A DNA stretch of 16,452 bases from a virus (lineage: Duplodnaviria > Heunggongvirae > Uroviricota > Caudoviricetes), in IMG/VR virus record IMGVR_UViG_2737471821_000008; one strand, written 5' to 3'. How positions within the stretch are numbered: the stretch's first letter is position 1; every line of letters begins with the position of its first letter. The notes beneath the pieces were generated by a model. It saw nothing but the letters and a program-made list of their open reading frames with translations. It made no database searches and had not been told where the DNA came from. Position numbers and translations under genes: made by a program. Positions 15,946 through 16,452 of the stretch are shown here, one piece after another.

Positions 15946-16452
15946 TTACTGTCCTAAAGCACTTTTTGCCAATATTGAAGCAATTGAAGCAAACGTCGGA
16001 TTTTCCAATAGCTTTTGCCAAAGGCTTTTAACCTCTGGATCATTGCAATGCTCTATAGCATCATGTAGTTGTTGAATGGTTATATTCTTTGTGATCGAAT
16101 TGTCATTACCGGCTTGAAAATCACCACCAGCATTAATAGCACCGTTAAACGTCAAATGGGTCGTAATCTGCTTCGGCTTCTCTTTTACATCCAATGCCTT
16201 CACTATCAATACCGCCAAATGTGAGTAGCCAGGGCAACCAGCCTCGAGACTAATTTGTACCTCGTAATCAAGCACTTCAAATAGTCTTTCCCTGTCGACC
16301 ATTTTTTGCACAATGATATCGCCGATATTAAATGGACATAAGTCACTTTCAATAAGAATATACAATCGACCTTTAGATGAGTCACGTTGACCATAATAGG
16401 TGGATGAATTAAAGGTAAAAGTATCTGGATAGAAAAATTGATCTGGTCGCAT
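15946..16452 (-). CDS. Hypothetical 168-aa protein (AT-rich moron upstream of the packaging module)
   Basis: Complete ORF, ATG at the window edge. MRPDQFFYPDTFTFNSSTYYGQRDSSKGRLYILIESDLCPFNIGD… has no motif I recognise and no hydrophobic helices. GC about 35-38% on sampled lines. Confidence 0.55.
   Translation of the reverse strand: MRPDQFFYPDTFTFNSSTYYGQRDSSKGRLYILIESDLCPFNIGDIIVQKMVDRERLFEVLDYEVQISLEAGCPGYSHLAVLIVKALDVKEKPKQITTHLTFNGAINAGGDFQAGNDNSITKNITIQQLHDAIEHCNDPEVKSLWQKLLENPTFASIASILAKSALGQ

Larger units (their letters stand above)
1531..16452. mobile_element. e14-like defective prophage integrated in icd (right end only; continues past the window end)
   Basis: icd 3' fragment, then mcrA, pin invertase, invertible tail-fibre segment, tail, head and packaging genes, all co-oriented. 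The exact att core cannot be placed within 1531..1695 from this window alone. Confidence 0.85.

Noticed and set aside
15435-16021. Off-frame - strand ORFs overlapping the HNH gene and the terminator (15435..15707, 15711..15914, 15830..16021)
   Set aside because: They overlap the HNH gene in other frames or run through the terminator hairpin; none has a credible start signal.
16206-16394. 62-aa off-frame ORF inside the 168-aa gene
   Set aside because: Fully nested in another frame of the longer ORF, which has the better start and terminator context.
1-16452. CRISPR arrays, tRNA/rRNA genes, IS elements or transposases
   Set aside because: No spaced direct repeats, no tRNA-like structures and no transposase-like ORFs were seen; the integration site is a protein-coding gene (icd), not a tRNA.

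Overview
This window reads as an Escherichia coli-type chromosomal segment covering the right-hand end of an e14-like defective prophage inserted in the 3' end of icd. Left to right: ycgX and iraM (AT-rich chromosomal flank, + strand); a displaced icd 3' fragment with its terminator (attachment junction, 1531..1695); then, on the - strand apart from the silent inverted cassette, mcrA, the Pin invertase gene, a ~1.9 kb Pin-invertible tail-fibre segment (stfP/tfaP expressed, stfE-type cassette plus tfaE silent), Mu-like tail and baseplate genes (ymfQ, baseplate-J, sheath, tube, frameshifting chaperone), two internal deletion scars (tape-measure/baseplate-hub genes and most of the major capsid gene are absent), HK97-like head and packaging genes (prohead protease, portal, a 60-aa membrane protein, TerL, TerS, HNH endonuclease), and at the window edge an AT-rich 168-aa gene of unknown function with its own terminator. 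Protein identities come from my own recognition of the translated ORFs and gene order; no database search was run, so gene symbols are given only where I recognise the protein. The ORF track reports GTG starts as M, and I adjusted three starts on that basis. The most interesting unexplained content is the 168-aa moron (15946..16452), the duplicated icd-terminator repeat bracketing iraM, and the small uncharacterised proteins embedded in the packaging and tail modules.
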